This document shows positions 23,172 through 36,984 of a stretch of 64,000 nucleotides of DNA, piece after piece. Numbering within the stretch: the stretch's first letter is position 1; each line of letters begins with the position of its first letter. The position numbers and the translations under genes were made by a program. The stretch is from Somniosus microcephalus (taxonomy: Eukaryota). The DNA is taken from the NCBI GenBank assembly GCA_052327205.1, contig CM126206.1, positions 286,812,001-286,876,000 on the forward strand, written 5' to 3'. Below the pieces are notes generated by a model. That model had not been told where the DNA came from and did no database searches. It saw nothing but the letters and a program-made list of their open reading frames with translations.

Positions 23172-24127
23172 GTACAGGTTAAGAGGGATGATTTTAGCAG
23201 GGAGCCAAATTACAGGCATTGCATCCCCAAGATCCAAGCTACACAAACAAGCACTCAGTGTAAGATTGACGTGTTACTAAGTTTGATTTACCCGTGTGTG
23301 GAATTAAAAGCGAAAAAACTCCATCTCTTTCGTACACTGTACGTGAGTGGATAGTAAATCAGGAGAACAAGAGAGATCACTTTCAGCAACCATGGGACTT
23401 ATAAAATACGAAACATTGTCAAAATTTGAGAGAGGCCCAATTTGCTTTATAAAGACGTAAGACAAAGAAATCACTGTTTTCATTGGCTCTGTAATGGGCC
23501 ACACACACAACAGAAGACAGTGCGGCATAATTGTTTGACACACTGTATGGTTGACTGTGTGTGAACCGTGTGCTTTCTCACATCTAGAAGCCTTGAATTA
23601 TCTCTCGCTGCGATTTTTCTCTCCTCAGTATGTTGAGTTTCTGTGCCTGCTGTGTAATGTGATATGAGTAATGTCTCGCTCAGTGGGAGAGACTTTCAAC
23701 TGCTGGCCGCCCCGGTTCTCGCCTGAAAAAACAAGCAACCGACAGTGGAAAGTCTGGCGGGGACCTTGTGCCAACCACCTGCCTGCCTGAATCAACTTTC
23801 CGGCAGGCCTTTAAATGGACGACTGAGACACCTGCCCCAAGACAGGCGGGTGGCTGTTTACGTATGGAAATAGGGATCCTTGGCCTGTTTTAGGATCCCG
23901 ATTGCAACATTCAAGGAAAAGTGGGTGAAGCGGGCACAGCGCGAGCCAGTTGCATTTTTCCGAGCGCTGAGGCACCTTAAAGGGACCGCTGGGGGCCTCT
24001 CCCCCAACATTTTCTAGTGGTCACTTGTGTTACTTCGAAGAAAATATGAAAAAGCTTTGCGATTAAAGTATGATTCAGTGTCCAAACTGGCAGTCTGTGG
24101 CCTGATCAACTGCAGAATGCTGTTTAC

Positions 24128-24345
24128 AATTTCCTACATTACAACAGTGACTACACTTCAAATATAGATGATCTGGTCATTATCACATTGCTGTTTGTGG
24201 GACCTTACTGTGCACAAATTGGCTGCCACATTTCCTACATTACAACAGTGACTACACTTTATAAGGACTTCATTGGCTGTAAAGCACTTTGGGATGTAAT
24301 GAGTTTGTGAAAGGCGCTATAGAAATATAATTTGTTCTTTCTTTA
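24128..24345 (+). mobile_element. SINE 3' portion with a duplicated 30-bp block
   Basis: atttcctacattacaacagtgactacactt occurs twice. Confidence 0.75.
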
Positions 24346-24372
24346 TGTCAAAGACAGTGCAAGAAAGTTAAT

Positions 24373-25204
24373 GGGGGTGATTTTCATTCAGAAGTCGGGA
24401 AGGAGGCGGGACTACAACTTTCGGGGTTGTAGTCCTGCCTCCATTGAGATGCGGCCAATCCACGCGATTGACCTTGTTGAGCCCGCCCAGCAGGTTCAGC
24501 AGGCCAATTAAGGGCTACCCGGCAACAGGTGACGCCACAGACTGAAATTTCATCTGTCAAGACGTATTGATAGATGAAATATCAGTGTTTCACAGCTGTT
24601 TGAAGCTGTCAAACAAATACAGTCTTACTTCTAACCTGAGTCCTTCTACACAGACTCAGTTAGAAATCTCACCGGCACAGAAAGCTGCAGGCTGTCACTT
24701 TTGACAGATCGCAGCCATTCTGCTTTCTGCGCCGGTTAGATGATGGACTCCCGAAACCTAGAGGAAGGAAGGCTGAAAAGGTAAGTACAGGTACTTTAAA
24801 CTTCTTTACACACTTTAGACACACCAAACACACTTACCTCTGCACTCATGCACCCATCACTCACCTGAACACCGACATCTCGACCCCTCCAAGTCCTTCA
24901 ACCCGACAGCCCGACTCCTCTAACTTGGCGTGGTTTGGAGCCATCGGGAATCCCACACTTCAAGCTTTAAAATATGGATTCGGCTAAAAACTGCCTGTTA
25001 ACTACCTGTTAACAGGCAGTTAATTGGCACTAATCCCTTCCCGCCTCGGGTAGGCGGGTCCCAGTGCGGGGTGGGTACCCGCCTCCTTTGAAACTTACAT
25101 GGAGGCGGGTTGGGGGCGGGATGGTGTCGGGACCCCCGAATTCGGGACTTTAACCCCCTGCACGCCTCCAATCCCGACTGCACGAGTCAATGAAAATCGA
25201 CCCC
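24373..25204. mobile_element. Non-autonomous Harbinger-type element
   Basis: TIRs gggggtgattttcatt / aatgaaaatcgacccc; 3-bp TSD AAT; GC-rich subterminal motifs. Confidence 0.78.
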
Positions 25205-25386
25205 AATGTCTCTATCAACATTAAATGAATGAAGTAATCGTTTAAGGTTCTACTGAAGTGGACTGTTTTCTGTTTTAAACTGGCATTCAAAAATCTTTTA
25301 ATGACTTTTAACACAATGAATATAGAATTAATGTATACCACCTCTGGCCATCATTTTAATTTGGCGATTAATTAAAATTGTAATCC

Positions 25387-25992
25387 ATTCCCATGTTATT
25401 TGATAGGGTAGATAGAGACAAACTATTTCCTCTGGTGGGGGAGTCCAGAACAAGGGGTCATAAGCTTAAATTTAGAGCTCAGCCATTCAGGGGTGATGTC
25501 AGGAAGCACTTCTTCACACAAAGAATAGTGGAAATCTGGAACTCTCTTCCCCCAAAAAGCTGTTGAGGCTGGGGGGTGATGCGCTATCAACAACACCAAA
25601 GACTACGAGATGGACTTATATGAAGTAGGCTTTTATTGACTAAGAACTGGAGCATGCCTCTGCTAGTGAATCCATCCTAAGAGCTCCCGGGGGAAGGGTG
25701 GTGAGTCACCTTTATACCCGGGCTTAGGGGTGGAGCCAGGGGTGGAGACATGCTCGGACTTGTACAGAGTTAACAGTGGTTTACCACACAGACATGTACA
25801 GGGTTAACAGTGGTTTACCACAGGGGGGCAATTGAAAATTTCAAAACTGAGATTGATAGATTTTTGTTAGGCAAGGGTATTAAGGGTTACGCAACCAAGG
25901 TGGGTAGATGGAGTAAAGGTACAGATCAGCCATGATCTAACTGAATGTCGGAACAGGCTCGAGGGGCTTAATGGCCTTCTCCTGTTCCTATA
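25387..25992 (+). mobile_element. CR1 LINE 3' end (HER1-like), interrupted by a solo LTR
   Basis: ttcttcacacaaagaatagtggaaatctggaactctct ... gatcagccatgatct ... ggctcgaggggc ... cctgttccta. Confidence 0.88.
25577..25822 (-). mobile_element. Solo LTR (246 bp) related to the 11846 Gypsy family
   Basis: Minus strand TGTGGT...GCGCATCA; contains TAGTCAATAAAAGCC; TATAAA near 25712; flanked by G6 on both sides; splits the CR1 cleanly. Confidence 0.8.
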
Positions 25993-26309
25993 TTGATACA
26001 ACTGCTTGTTTAATCAGCTGTGATGAACCAAATAGTTATTGCAGTGAGTACAACATCATTACATTACCTTGCACCATGACTCATAACACCACCTGTATGA
26101 GATAATCCCTCATTAATAAGCATAAGTATTTTACGAGTTCTGCTCTGCACATCTGTCAATCAACACAACTTTTAAATGCTAAATGATGTTGGATTCAGTG
26201 AAGTTTGCTATCAGATGCACTGCCTAATGTTTATGGACAGTTCCATTTCCATTTTTAGCAACCTATATAAATGCACCCTGTGGGTGGGGCTGGTCTGAAC
26301 CATGTAGAC

Positions 26310-26500
26310 TGAAGAAAGACTTGCATTTCTGTAACACCTCATTACATCTACTGGAAATGTCTCACTGCGCTTCACATGCACAGTAGATGCTTTGAGGTCC
26401 ACTAGCTGTCATTACGTAGCCAATTTGTGCACAGCAAGATCCCACAGGCAGCAATCAGACGAATGCCCGGTTCATCTGTTTTAGGTGGTGTTGATTGATT
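26310..26500 (-). mobile_element. SINE 3' fragment
   Basis: gacttgcattt...gccaatttgtgcacagcaagatcccaca. Confidence 0.65.
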
Positions 26501-26814
26501 GGAGAACGTTGGCAAATTCACCCAGACACGTCCTGGCCCAACACTTTGTGGTTTATACAAACCTCATTGGTTGAATCTCAGCCACACAAAACAGTCCTGA
26601 AAGAGCCATGTTGGTCAGGATACTGGGAGAACTCACTGAATAGTGCCCATGTAAATTTTAACATCCAAAAGAACAGGCAGACGGGTTTGTTAGTTTGAAG
26701 ATTTTGGGGAGAAATTCAAATCGTGCCAGTCACTGCCACGGAAAGAAGGCCCAAAGATGGTGGCCAGGGGCCTGTTCGAAATGAGGCCTCGGCTTTCATC
26801 TGCGGATGCTCCAA

Positions 26815-27172
26815 AACAACTATTTGCATTTATATAGCCTTTAACATACTAAAATGTCCCAAAGCGCTTCACAGGAGCGTAATCAGACAAAATGTAACCC
26901 TGAGCCACATATTGGGACGGGTGACCAAAAGCTTGGTCAAAGAGGTAGGTTTTAAGGAGCGACTTAAAGGAGGCGAGAGAGGAGGCAAAGAGGTTTAGGG
27001 AGGGAATTCCAGAGCTTAAGGCTTAGATGGCCGACAGCACAGCAGCCAATGGTGGGGCGAAGGAAGTGGGGGATGTACAAGAGGCTAGAGCGTTTGGCGG
27101 GTTGTGGGGGTGGAGGAGGTTACAGAGGTAAGGGAGGGTGAGGCCACGGAGGGATTTGAACACGAGGACGAG
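26815..27172 (-). mobile_element. L2 LINE 3' end
   Basis: Same family as 20846. Confidence 0.85.
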
Positions 27173-27634
27173 ATGCAGTTCACCGATTGGTGTCTTTTTA
27201 CAGCAAAACACGCTAGTTACATTTGCCATCCATGATATCTCCTTCACACTCTCCATCTTCTTTCTCCCATGCTATAAAGCAGCCCCACTGCAACAGATGG
27301 TTACTCAATTGAACAGTGATGAGTTTAAGCAATGAGTTGTTACCTACATTTAAACAATACGAAACGTGTGGTTTTTGCAGTGTAGGTGGCATTTTCGGGA
27401 CTATTTTTTGTGGCTGAGATTGAATCAACGAGGTGTGTATACAGCTCAAAGTGTTGGGCCAGGGTGTGTCTGGGTGATTTTTCTACATTCCCTTCATACA
27501 CTTACAAGCCCCAAACTTAAACAACTCAACTATCCATCTCTTATTTTCTATAATGTGGACATTTTTTTTACTTACCTGTCTTCTTTAAAAATATTTCCCG
27601 TTCTAACACTTGACCAGCTGAATCTTTTATGTTT

Positions 27635-27965
27635 CATAGACCTTTACAGTACAGAAGGAGGCCATTTGGCCCATCGTGCCTGTGCCGGCTTTTTGAAAGA
27701 GCTATCCAATTAGTCCCACCCCTCCGCTTTTTCCCCATAGCCCTGCAAATGTTTTTTTTTACTATATATCCAATTCCCTCTTGAAAGTTACTATTGAATC
27801 TGCTTCCACCACCCTTTCAGGCAGCGCATTCCAGATCATAACAACTCACTGCGTAAAAATAAATTCTTCTCTTCTCCCCCCTGGCTTTTTTGCCAATTAT
27901 CTTAAATCTGTGTCTTCTGGTTACCGACCCTCCCACCAGCGGAAACTGTTTCTCCCGATCTACCC
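27635..27965 (-). mobile_element. CR1 LINE 3' end (other copies ~29445-29555 +, 35763-35875 +, 38505-38750 +, 44200-44360 -, 62490-62860 -)
   Basis: acagaaggaggccatttggcccatcgtgcctgtgccggct...ttgaaagagctatccaattagtccca. Confidence 0.82.
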
Positions 27966-28275
27966 TGTTATTATCATCTATTATTATCTACTCTATCCTT
28001 AAATATTTTTGTCCCGCTCCTATTCCTTGCTGAGCAGAGTGTGATTATTGCAGGGCAAATCAAGCAAATATGCATTGCCTGAGCCGCTTGCAAATTATTC
28101 CCCTCCCCTACCTTCAAAATAGAGCCTGCACCTGGGTGGCCAAAATCTTAGCACCAAGCTCGGGCTTGTACCCTTTAGTTTATTTGCCAGCTTACTGTGG
28201 GGGTTGCAGATGCCTTGTGTCATTGTTAATACCACTGACCTAACTTTAATCGGTGTTAGTACAAGAAATTACGTG

Positions 28276-28825
28276 TTAAAATTTAATCCTGGGATGTGGG
28301 CGTCGCTGGTAAGGCCGGCATTTATTACCCATCCCTAGTTGCCCTTGAGAAAGTGGTGGTGAGATGCCTTCTTGAACCGCTGCAGTCTGTGTGGTGAAAG
28401 TACTCCCACAGTGCTGTTCAGTAGGGAGTTCCAGGATTTTGAGCCACTGTTGATGAAGGACCATGCACCTGCTGATCTTGTCCTTCCAGGTGGTGGGTTT
28501 GGGAGGTGCTGTCGAAGAAGCCTTGGCAAGTTTCTGCAGTGCATCCTGTGGATAGTACACACTGCAGCCGTGGTGTGCTGGTGGTGGAGGGAGTGGATGT
28601 TTAAGGTGGTGGATGGAGTGCTGATCAAGTTGACTGGATGGTGTCCAGCTTCTTGAGTGTTGCAGCTACACCCATCCAGGCAAGTGAAGAGTATTCCACC
28701 ACACTCCTGACTTTTGCATTGTAGGTGGTGGAAAGGTTTTGGAGAGTCAGGAGGTGAGACACTCACCACAGAACTCCCAGCCTCTGACCTGCTCTAGTAG
28801 CCACAGTATTTATGTGGCTGGTCCA
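28276..28825 (-). mobile_element. CR1-group LINE 3' fragment of a second family (RT C-terminus and tail)
   Basis: Minus strand encodes an LLTPQNLSTTYNAKVRSVVEYSSLAWM-like RT C-terminal segment; tail gggatgggtaataaatgccggccttaccagcgacgcccacatccc. Tail pieces also at ~21610-21685 and 53015-53195. Confidence 0.75.
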
Positions 28826-30307
28826 GATGAGATTCCACTCACTCTAGTTTGGACTCATACATGATACCAGTCTCTTATCCTTGTGTTTTGCTTTACTAAG
28901 ATCTGCTGCTTTGAGCTGATGGGCAGTATGTTAGGCACAGACTTGTTGAGTCACACTATGCTTTTATGTTCCATTCTTCACTTTCACCCAGTCACAGCCG
29001 TCAGCGTGAAAGAAGTAACCGATTTCTTACCCAAGAAGTAAAATAAAAGCACATTAACATCTGCTGACTCTGGAGGAGCAGGGGAGAGATCCCCTGCTGA
29101 CATGGTTCTCTGCTCCTCTGCAGGTGGGATGGCCTCTCATTTACGTGACAGTGCTACCGCCAGGTTAGAGGCTGCCAACAGCTGACCTGTAAAGGGGCCA
29201 ATGAGCTTCAAAACCTGCCTGGTATATTGCTCAAGACCCATGATCGTGCCAGTGGGAAACAATCTCCCTGGCTTCCTGATCTCTGCCCATAGCGGAGGTG
29301 GCTGGTTTGCCCTGGGGTAGGTGCTGACTGCGCGAGCACTGTGTGTCGGGAACCCGTGGTGCTAACATGGCACCCGATCCAGTATCGGAGCAAACGCTGC
29401 TCCCGTGGCATGAACCGCTCTGGTGATGCTACAACGCCAATAATTTGCAGGGCTATGGGGAAAGTGCATGGGGACTAATTGGAGAGCTCTTTCAAAGAGC
29501 TGGCACAGGCACGATGCGCTGAATGGCCTCCTTCAGTGCTGTATGATTCTATGATTAACCGTGCTACATTGCATGCCATTCTGCACAGTACCATTAGCGA
29601 TCATCCCTCTGGCTGTTTTGCCTCCCTGGGACAGCGCAGTAAAACCTAGTTACCAAGCTAAGAAGGGTTACTGTAAGACCAGTCAGAGATGGAGTCCAGT
29701 TTGCTTCTGCAAGCTGCTTTACAATGATTATATCACTGATATGTGGAGACTGTCCTCAAAGAATGGAGACCAAGTAATTTTCTTTGTCATTTGTTTATCC
29801 AGCTGTTGACTACAGAGGAAGCTCCTGCTCCTGGGTCAGATGGTGTCAAATGTGGTCACGTGTATGTTTCCACTGGTCATTAGTTTGGTTTATTAGAAGC
29901 ATCTGCAAAGGGCTTGTCACCAAGTCCCGGCAAGTTTAATTGTGCAAAGCTTGCAGTTGAATGTAAATAGTGGAATATGACCCTCATGGCCGGAAGTTAT
30001 CGTTGTGTTTTTCCTCTTAAGAAGGGCCTTGTAAATTCAGCTATTAATACCAGACTGAGTGTTGAGACAGAAAACTATCATTAACTGTCAGAATCCAATC
30101 TGGAAACAAGCCACTCAAGTCTTGCCTGTAGGATATTTGCGTCTCCAGGTCCGAGATAAGAAGCGGGCATAGCCCAGTGAAGTTCTCTAGTGGGTTTTGG
30201 ATTACTTGAGAGTGTTGATAGGTTGCCTGTTTTCTGTTGAACATGTGCAGCACTTATAACTCCGGATGCAGTGTGGGCTACTAGCAGGCAATTGACATTA
30301 GCCTCGA

Positions 30308-30928
30308 CAACAAAAACTTGCATTTATGTACAGGAAACTTTGGATTTACCGGCACCTAAGTAACCGGGAATCTCGGTTAACCGGCAAAATTCAGGAGTAG
30401 GTTCAGGTAACTTTTATTACTTGCTTTCCTCCATTTGTTGCTGTGCAAGGGTGTGGCTGCAGCTGTTGCTAAGCTACAGAGACGCTTGCAACTTGTGGCC
30501 ATTGTTCTGAAGCTAACAGGGTCTGTTGCTTTATACGGAGCCGTCAGCTTTCGGTTATCCGGAATTTTTGATGAACCGGCACCACGTCGGTCCCGTCTGT
30601 GCCGGATAAAACAAAGTTTCCTGTAGCACCATTAACGTAGCAAAACATCCCAAGACGCTTCACAGGAGTGTTATCAGACAGAATTTGATACAGAACCACA
30701 TAGAGAGATATTAGGACAGGTGACCAAACGCTTGGGTCAAAGAGGTAGGTTCTAAGGAGCGTCTTAAAGGAGGAGAGAGAGGTAAAGAAGGAGAGAGGTT
30801 TAGGGAGGGAATTCCAGAGCTTAGGGCCTAGGCAGCTGAAGGCACAGCCGTCAATAGTTGGGCGATGGAAATCGGGGGCTATACAAGCGGCCAGAACTGG
30901 AGGAGCGCAGAAATCTCAGAGGGTTGCA
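30308..30928 (-). mobile_element. L2 3' end split by a MITE in its terminal TATA tract
   Basis: aacttgcatttatgTA[MITE]TAgcacc... Confidence 0.85.
30331..30623. mobile_element. TA-flanked MITE, copy 2
   Basis: TA|CAGGAAACTTT...AAAGTTTCCTG|TA. Confidence 0.88.
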
Positions 30929-31510
30929 GTTCTCAGTCTGTCAATATTGCAGTGCTGCTTTCAAATATGTCTTTTAAAGAGCCATTGTTCTTTCGATAGT
31001 CTATTGGTGCAGAATCACTTGCCTCACATTCCTCAGCGCTGTGGAGCCCACTCCCTGTATATTGCAGAGAGAGACTCTGCACACCACAGTTGCTGTAAGT
31101 CACTCTTTCAGCTGTGGTTCCTTTCTCCAGTGACCGGGGGATGTCAGATGGTGAAAACAACTGCTTCAGTGGTCTGCACGGGCAGGCTGAAGGGCCCAAC
31201 TCACCGATTGCTCAGAAATAGGGAAGTACCCTCAAAAATCACCTCTGTAGGTGGATTGTAGAACCTCCAGAGACAACAATATCAACTCACTTGCTGTACT
31301 GCATTTCTACCAAGGTAGGGAAGATGGAACATAATTCTGGAGAAGTTGTTTGAAATGGTAACTCCGTCATAAGTTCCGCTTTGTCCCTGTTAATAACAAC
31401 TATAGCACAGTACTAGAAAGATCCTTCTATTTGATATGCCTACCTGACCTTATCTAAAATCTGGCTGTAAACAGAACTTTTGTCTGTCTGGAGCTGTATC
31501 ATATGACAGG

Positions 31511-31948
31511 AAAGAAAGAAAGAACTTGCATTTATATAGCGCCTTTCATGACCTCAATGAAGTACTTTTAAAGTGTAGTCACTGTTGTAATGTAGGAAAT
31601 GGTAGCCAATTTGTGCACAGCAAGGCCCCACAAACAGCAATGTGATAATGACCAGATAACCTGTTTTAGTGATGTTGGTTGAAGGATAAAAATTGGCCAG
31701 GACAGCGGAGAGAACTCCCCTGCTCTTCTTCAAAATGTGCCGTCGGATCCTTTATGTCCACCTGAGAGGGAAGTTGGGACCTCGGTTTAACGTCTCATCC
31801 AAAAGATGGCACCTCCATCGGTGCAACGCTCCCTCAGTACTGCACTGGAGTGTCGGCCTAGATTTTGTGCTCAAATATTTGGAGTAGGGCTTGAACCCAC
31901 GACCTTCTGACTGAGAGGCGAGAGTGCTACCACTGAGCCACGTCTGAC
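31511..31948 (-). mobile_element. SacSINE1-like SINE
   Basis: (gaaa)n tail, Deu core, tRNA head. Confidence 0.9.
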
Positions 31949-34900
31949 TTAAAACAGGGCTCAACTGCACTTAAGCAAATGTAGTTTGTGTGCTCAGTAA
32001 CATTTGCAGACTTCATTCAGAAGTGGGTTCTGACGAAAGGCCATCGACCTGAAAGTTGACCCTCTCTGCCTCTCCCCTCAGATGCCACCTGACCTGCTGA
32101 GTGCTTCCAGCGTTTTTTCTGTTTCTGATTTCCAGCATCTGCAGCATTTTGCTTTACGTTCAGATGCCACCTGCCATGAGAGTCCCTCTAAAACCTGTGC
32201 CCGTAGAACAATTGCTGCATATACAAGCTTATATCCAAGCACTCTTTCTATACCTGTGACTTGGAGTCTCTGTGACAAAACAATAGCCTAACAAACCATG
32301 CGTCCTATAAATGGAATCGACAGGTTGCAAAGCCAGTTAAGCTACCAGGTGTGAAAGCAGCTTTTAAGTTCTATTAAGTTGACGTTGAACAAAGAAACTA
32401 AAGTAGAATGACTTTAAGTCCTGCATTAAGCTGAACAGCAATTTTGTGTTGAAGTATAACTGTCTCTGTGCAGTCTCATTTACCAGACAAATCTATTCTA
32501 TAGGTTTAAATGTGGGGCTTGAGACTACTCACTCGTGTGATTGGTGTTCCCTTTAATTCTGAATGAAGGAGCAAATTCCATGCTGAAATGACCTTTAGAA
32601 AATGTAAGGCATTTTAAACTGAAAAAATGGGTTAAAAATACCTTCATATCATAAGAACTTGAGAATTTTCAGGAATAAGTCTGTGCCTTTTAAACTTTTG
32701 TATAGTTACAACAGCTGCCTGCAAAAAGTTATTTACAAAGTAAATCCAGGTATCGGTTGCATTTTGAATCTCAGCACTGCCCTTTCATCATTGGGCCCCA
32801 GTTTAAAGTCAGCCCAGATAGATTCTCCTCTCTCTGCAAGCTGAAAGGGGCCTAAATGAGGTGTGGGTAGTCTTAACACCGTTCCAGTACAAAACCACCC
32901 GCAGTTTGGTACATTTAGCACCAATTGTTATCTTACTCGGGTTACAGGAAATGGAATAGGTATAGGAAATGGAAGCGCCATACTGATAGAGTAAGGGCTG
33001 CTCAGGTGTCAGGCCAGGTGTTAAAACCTGCGACGGTAATGACAGCAGACCTGTGCCTGGTCAAATCCGAGTGCCAACAGTAAGCTGATCACCTCCAGAA
33101 AGTGCCAGCAGCTTCGGGCGACTGAGGAGGAGGGTCAGTGGGACCCTCGAGGGAGGAAACGCCATCAAAAGAAGGATGAGCTGATCCTTGAATTAGCCAG
33201 AGGTGCCCACAGCCACCAAGCCATGACACAGCTACAGTACAGGACAAGTCAATGAAAGCGCGACCGTGGACAGTCTGAAACACACCGAGTGGCGGACAGT
33301 CACAGGAGCTCCGACAATAGTCCACCGATGATGAAGGGCCGCCCTTCTGAGGTTTGGGCTTGAAACATGCTGTTGTCGAGTAGAGGCAGCATTTGGCCTG
33401 TGCTCTAATCAGACTAGGGTGTTTTTGATGCTGGACGCTGGGATTGGGTATCCCAAGTGTGAAAGTGTTGCATTTCCCAGTATTGGCATCTGTTACCTTG
33501 AAAGGCAAAAACACCCATCAAAAGATCTACTGTACGAGAATAGCCAATTCCCATAGAAAATAGTGGCCTGGGTAAGTCTGACATTGACCTGAAACGTTAA
33601 CTCTGTTTCTCTCTCCACGGATGCTGCCTGGCCTGCTGAGTGTCTCCAGCATTTTCAGTTGTTATTTCAGTGAATATCTGTTTTTTTTACTGTCTGGAAA
33701 CAGCTTCCTCGCTAGACGATTCCTGTATGGACAGTAAACTGGTAAGGTTGTTATCTTTCCATGGGGTGATGGCTAAGATATGTAGTTCGACAACACAAGA
33801 ACTTTCATTTAGCAGCTAAACAGTCTCGGACAGAAGAAACATTTTGTCGAATATATGGACTGTATCAAAAATCACAAAAGCAATTTACATCGAGCCTTCC
33901 ATGTAACAGAACATCCCAAGGTGATTTGTGGAGCAAGGCTTGGTGGAACTCATCAAAGAGATAGGTTTTGAAGAGGCTTTTGAAAGTGGGGAGAGAGGGA
34001 GTAAGGTGGAGGAGGTAAGAGAAAGAGATTGAGGCATAGAAATGTGTATAAGTCGCACCCGATTTTCCTGACTTAATGATGACAAATTTGGAAGTGGCAC
34101 GGTCTGCTGACAATCTGAAGCTTCATCAACAAATCCAAAGTTTTTCTGGGATGTGGAGGGTCGAGTGATTACCTGAAAAAATAGGGAAAATAGACAGGGA
34201 GCAAACCACCAGGCAAGGATAATGAGAGTACCGCCATCCACATTTTAAAGTGTCACTCAGTCTTGGGTTCATCAAGTGAGACAGCTCCTGTACATCTAGA
34301 GTGACAGACATAATGTCGCTCCGGGTGTGCGTGCATGGGCATTTCTCCTCCTTTTTGGAGTGACAGGAGTTTTACTACGCTTCAAAAAGTACTTAATTGA
34401 TTGTGAAGCACTTTGAGACGTACTGAGGTCATGAAAGCCGCTATATAAATGCAAGTTCTTTTTTTCTTTCTCCGATTTGTGCTGAATTTGACCAACTTCA
34501 GGTGGTTTCCAAAAATTTTCCAATCGGGTATAGTTGGGTGTTGAGTAAGGATCCACCTCAAATGAATTAGCAGTATATCCAAAGGGTCTGCCTTATCCTG
34601 ACTCGATGCTGAACATGGTTTAATCCTTGGACTCCTGCTCCTTTGACTGATATATGAATGGCGCTCAGTGTACGGGGTATGTTGAGAATGCACTGCTCCG
34701 TCTGACTGTTGGCATTTTCATTAGTTGTAATATTTTGGGTTAAGTTAAAGATAAGAATTGCTTGTCTTGGCATGCACTTTTCTGCTCTACTGGAGCTTTT
34801 CTGAAAATGCGTTAAAGATTACAAGGTTCACTTAGTCACGGTTCTGCTTGTACAGGTAGAGGTCTGGGATGAGCTGCATGGTCAAGGGCAGGTGCTACTG

Positions 34901-35639
34901 TTTCACGTTCTCGTGCACCCTTTTCTCAGGCTGGTGACAGCCATTTTCTGAAATCGCACTCCTGGTGCAGTGCAAGGAACAGGTGAACACTCGGGCGGGC
35001 TTTGTATTGGGCGCCCGAACCTCGCACCAGAGCCGCAAACTGGTAACATGACCCGTTAACAATGCAGGACTAATATTGGATTAAGTGCAGTCTTGTGCTG
35101 TGCGCTCGCATTCACCTTCTGCTGTTCAATGCTTCGTGGCACACTCGGCAACCCATTTCTTCTGCTGGTTTTACAGCCAGCAAATCGCGTTCTGGGTTTT
35201 TTCCATAACAAAGACCCTGTTTATGTGACTCGCACCGCCTTACCAGATAGAACGGCTCGATATGATTGGGGAGGGGGGCTGGAGAAGGAGGGTCCACTCG
35301 TCCGGAGTGAGTATTGAACCCATAACCTTACGACTCAGAGGTGGGAATGCTACCATGGAGCCAAGGCTCACGCCCACATAGGTACAACATTTGCTCACAA
35401 TCCAGCAATTTGACAGATTAACATTTTCAAGCAAATTTATTTACAAAATGCACTAAGAATACCAGTGGGCAGTTTTCATTAACCCTCGGTAGTTCGGCTC
35501 TTTTTATGCTGATGGATTTATACTCTGCAGTCCTTGTTACGTTTGTCAGTTAGTTTGCTACGCCGTGATATTTTGAGCTCTCCCAGTCTATAACTTGCGT
35601 GCTTTGTTGGGAAACGGTACACTTCAGGTTAGACACCTA

Positions 35640-36050
35640 GTTTGGACGGTGTTCACTGTTCTCGGCCAGAATTGGAGTGGGGGACACTGAAGCAATTGGA
35701 CTTCACTGCCCCTGTGCTAGGATTGGGGGATAAAATTGTCAGGGCTCCCGTTCTTGATCGCTATGCAGGGCTATGGGGAAAGAGCAGGGGAGTGGGATTA
35801 ATTGGATAGCTCTTTCAAAGAGCCGGCACAGGCACGATGGGCCGAATGGTCTCCTTCTGTGTTGTGTGACTCTATCCCTCTTTGACTTGTGCTGGAATTT
35901 CATGGGTTGCAGATCGGGAGAACATGATCGGGCTCAGTTGTGATGCTCCTGTAGTCGAATAGCACATATGAAGCGTGGCCATTTAGGTGAGGTAGTGAGA
36001 GCTGTAGAACTCTACCTCAGCAGAAATCGGCTCCTTCAGGAGAGGAGATA
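35640..36050 (+). mobile_element. Old unclassified SINE-like repeat, with a CR1 tail inserted (related pieces ~51380-51535, 52020-52170, 54545-54700, 57280-57545, 57625-57790)
   Basis: Shared degenerate motifs gatcgctat, ctgtgatgcc...gtcgaatagc, catatgaag..tggcca...gtgaggta. Confidence 0.5.
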
Positions 36051-36359
36051 AAAAGCGAGAAAATTAAAAACATAATTCATACCTTCCCCTTCCCCCCCCC
36101 CTTACCCCTTGTTCTTTTAGCTCCCTGGTTCTAGTTATCCAAAATTGTTTCTAGGGCAGGCTGTGTTTTCGCAGAGATTGTGTTGTAATGCGAGCTGAAC
36201 GTTCAATTAGACAGCTGTTGATTGAATGGAGTCGCACAGCAATATGATAGGGGCAGCTTTACTTGTACCCATCCTCATGTTTTATTGATGTATTCTTACT
36301 GTATGGCCTAGATTTTCTGCTTGCAACTCACTGAAATGAACAAGTCCTCTAACACCTCC

Positions 36360-36752
36360 ACTTAAAAATTGTCATCCTCGTGCTCAAATCCCTCCATGGT
36401 CTCGCCCTCCCAATCTCTGTCACCTCCTACAATCCTCGGAGATCGCTGCATTCCTCCAACTCTGGCCTCTTGCGCATCCCCCACTCCTTTCGCTCCACCA
36501 TTGGCGGCCGTACCTTCAGCCGTCTAGGCCCTATGCTCTGGAATTCCCTCCCCAAACCTCTCCGTCTCTCTACCTCTCTCTCCTCCTTTAAGCCCCTCCT
36601 TAAAACCTATCCCTTTGACCAAGCTTTTGGTCACCTGTCCTAATATGTCCTTGTGTGGCTTGGTGTCAAATTTTCTTTGATAAAGCTTCTGTGAAGAGCC
36701 TTGGGATGTTTTACTGTGTTAAAGTGCTATATAAATACAAGTTGTTTTTGTT
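36360..36752 (+). mobile_element. L2 LINE 3' end
   Basis: RSLHSSNSGLLRIP...GGRTFSRLGPMLWNSLP...FKPLLKTY and the L2 tail. Confidence 0.9.
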
Positions 36753-36984
36753 GATGTTACGATTGGAAAACCAAGGCCTATATGTCAAATATTGGTTACA
36801 GATGCATTGAGTGTTGTTTCTATGCTCAGATTTAAAATTCTATTCTATTTTAAATAACTACAGTGCGTATGGGTCATGGATTCAGTTGACAGTTTCCCCG
36901 TGTGTTTGGACTGGTACTGGTGGGAGATGTACCCATAAGATGGGTCTCATTTCTGCCAGTTCATATTCCGAACTAATAAAGAAC

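Noticed and set aside
33089-34241. Possible host exons (minus-strand acceptors near 34175 and 33498; plus-strand donor near 33572)
   Set aside because: Splice-like signals lie on both strands and no translation resembles a protein I recognise; needs RNA-seq.
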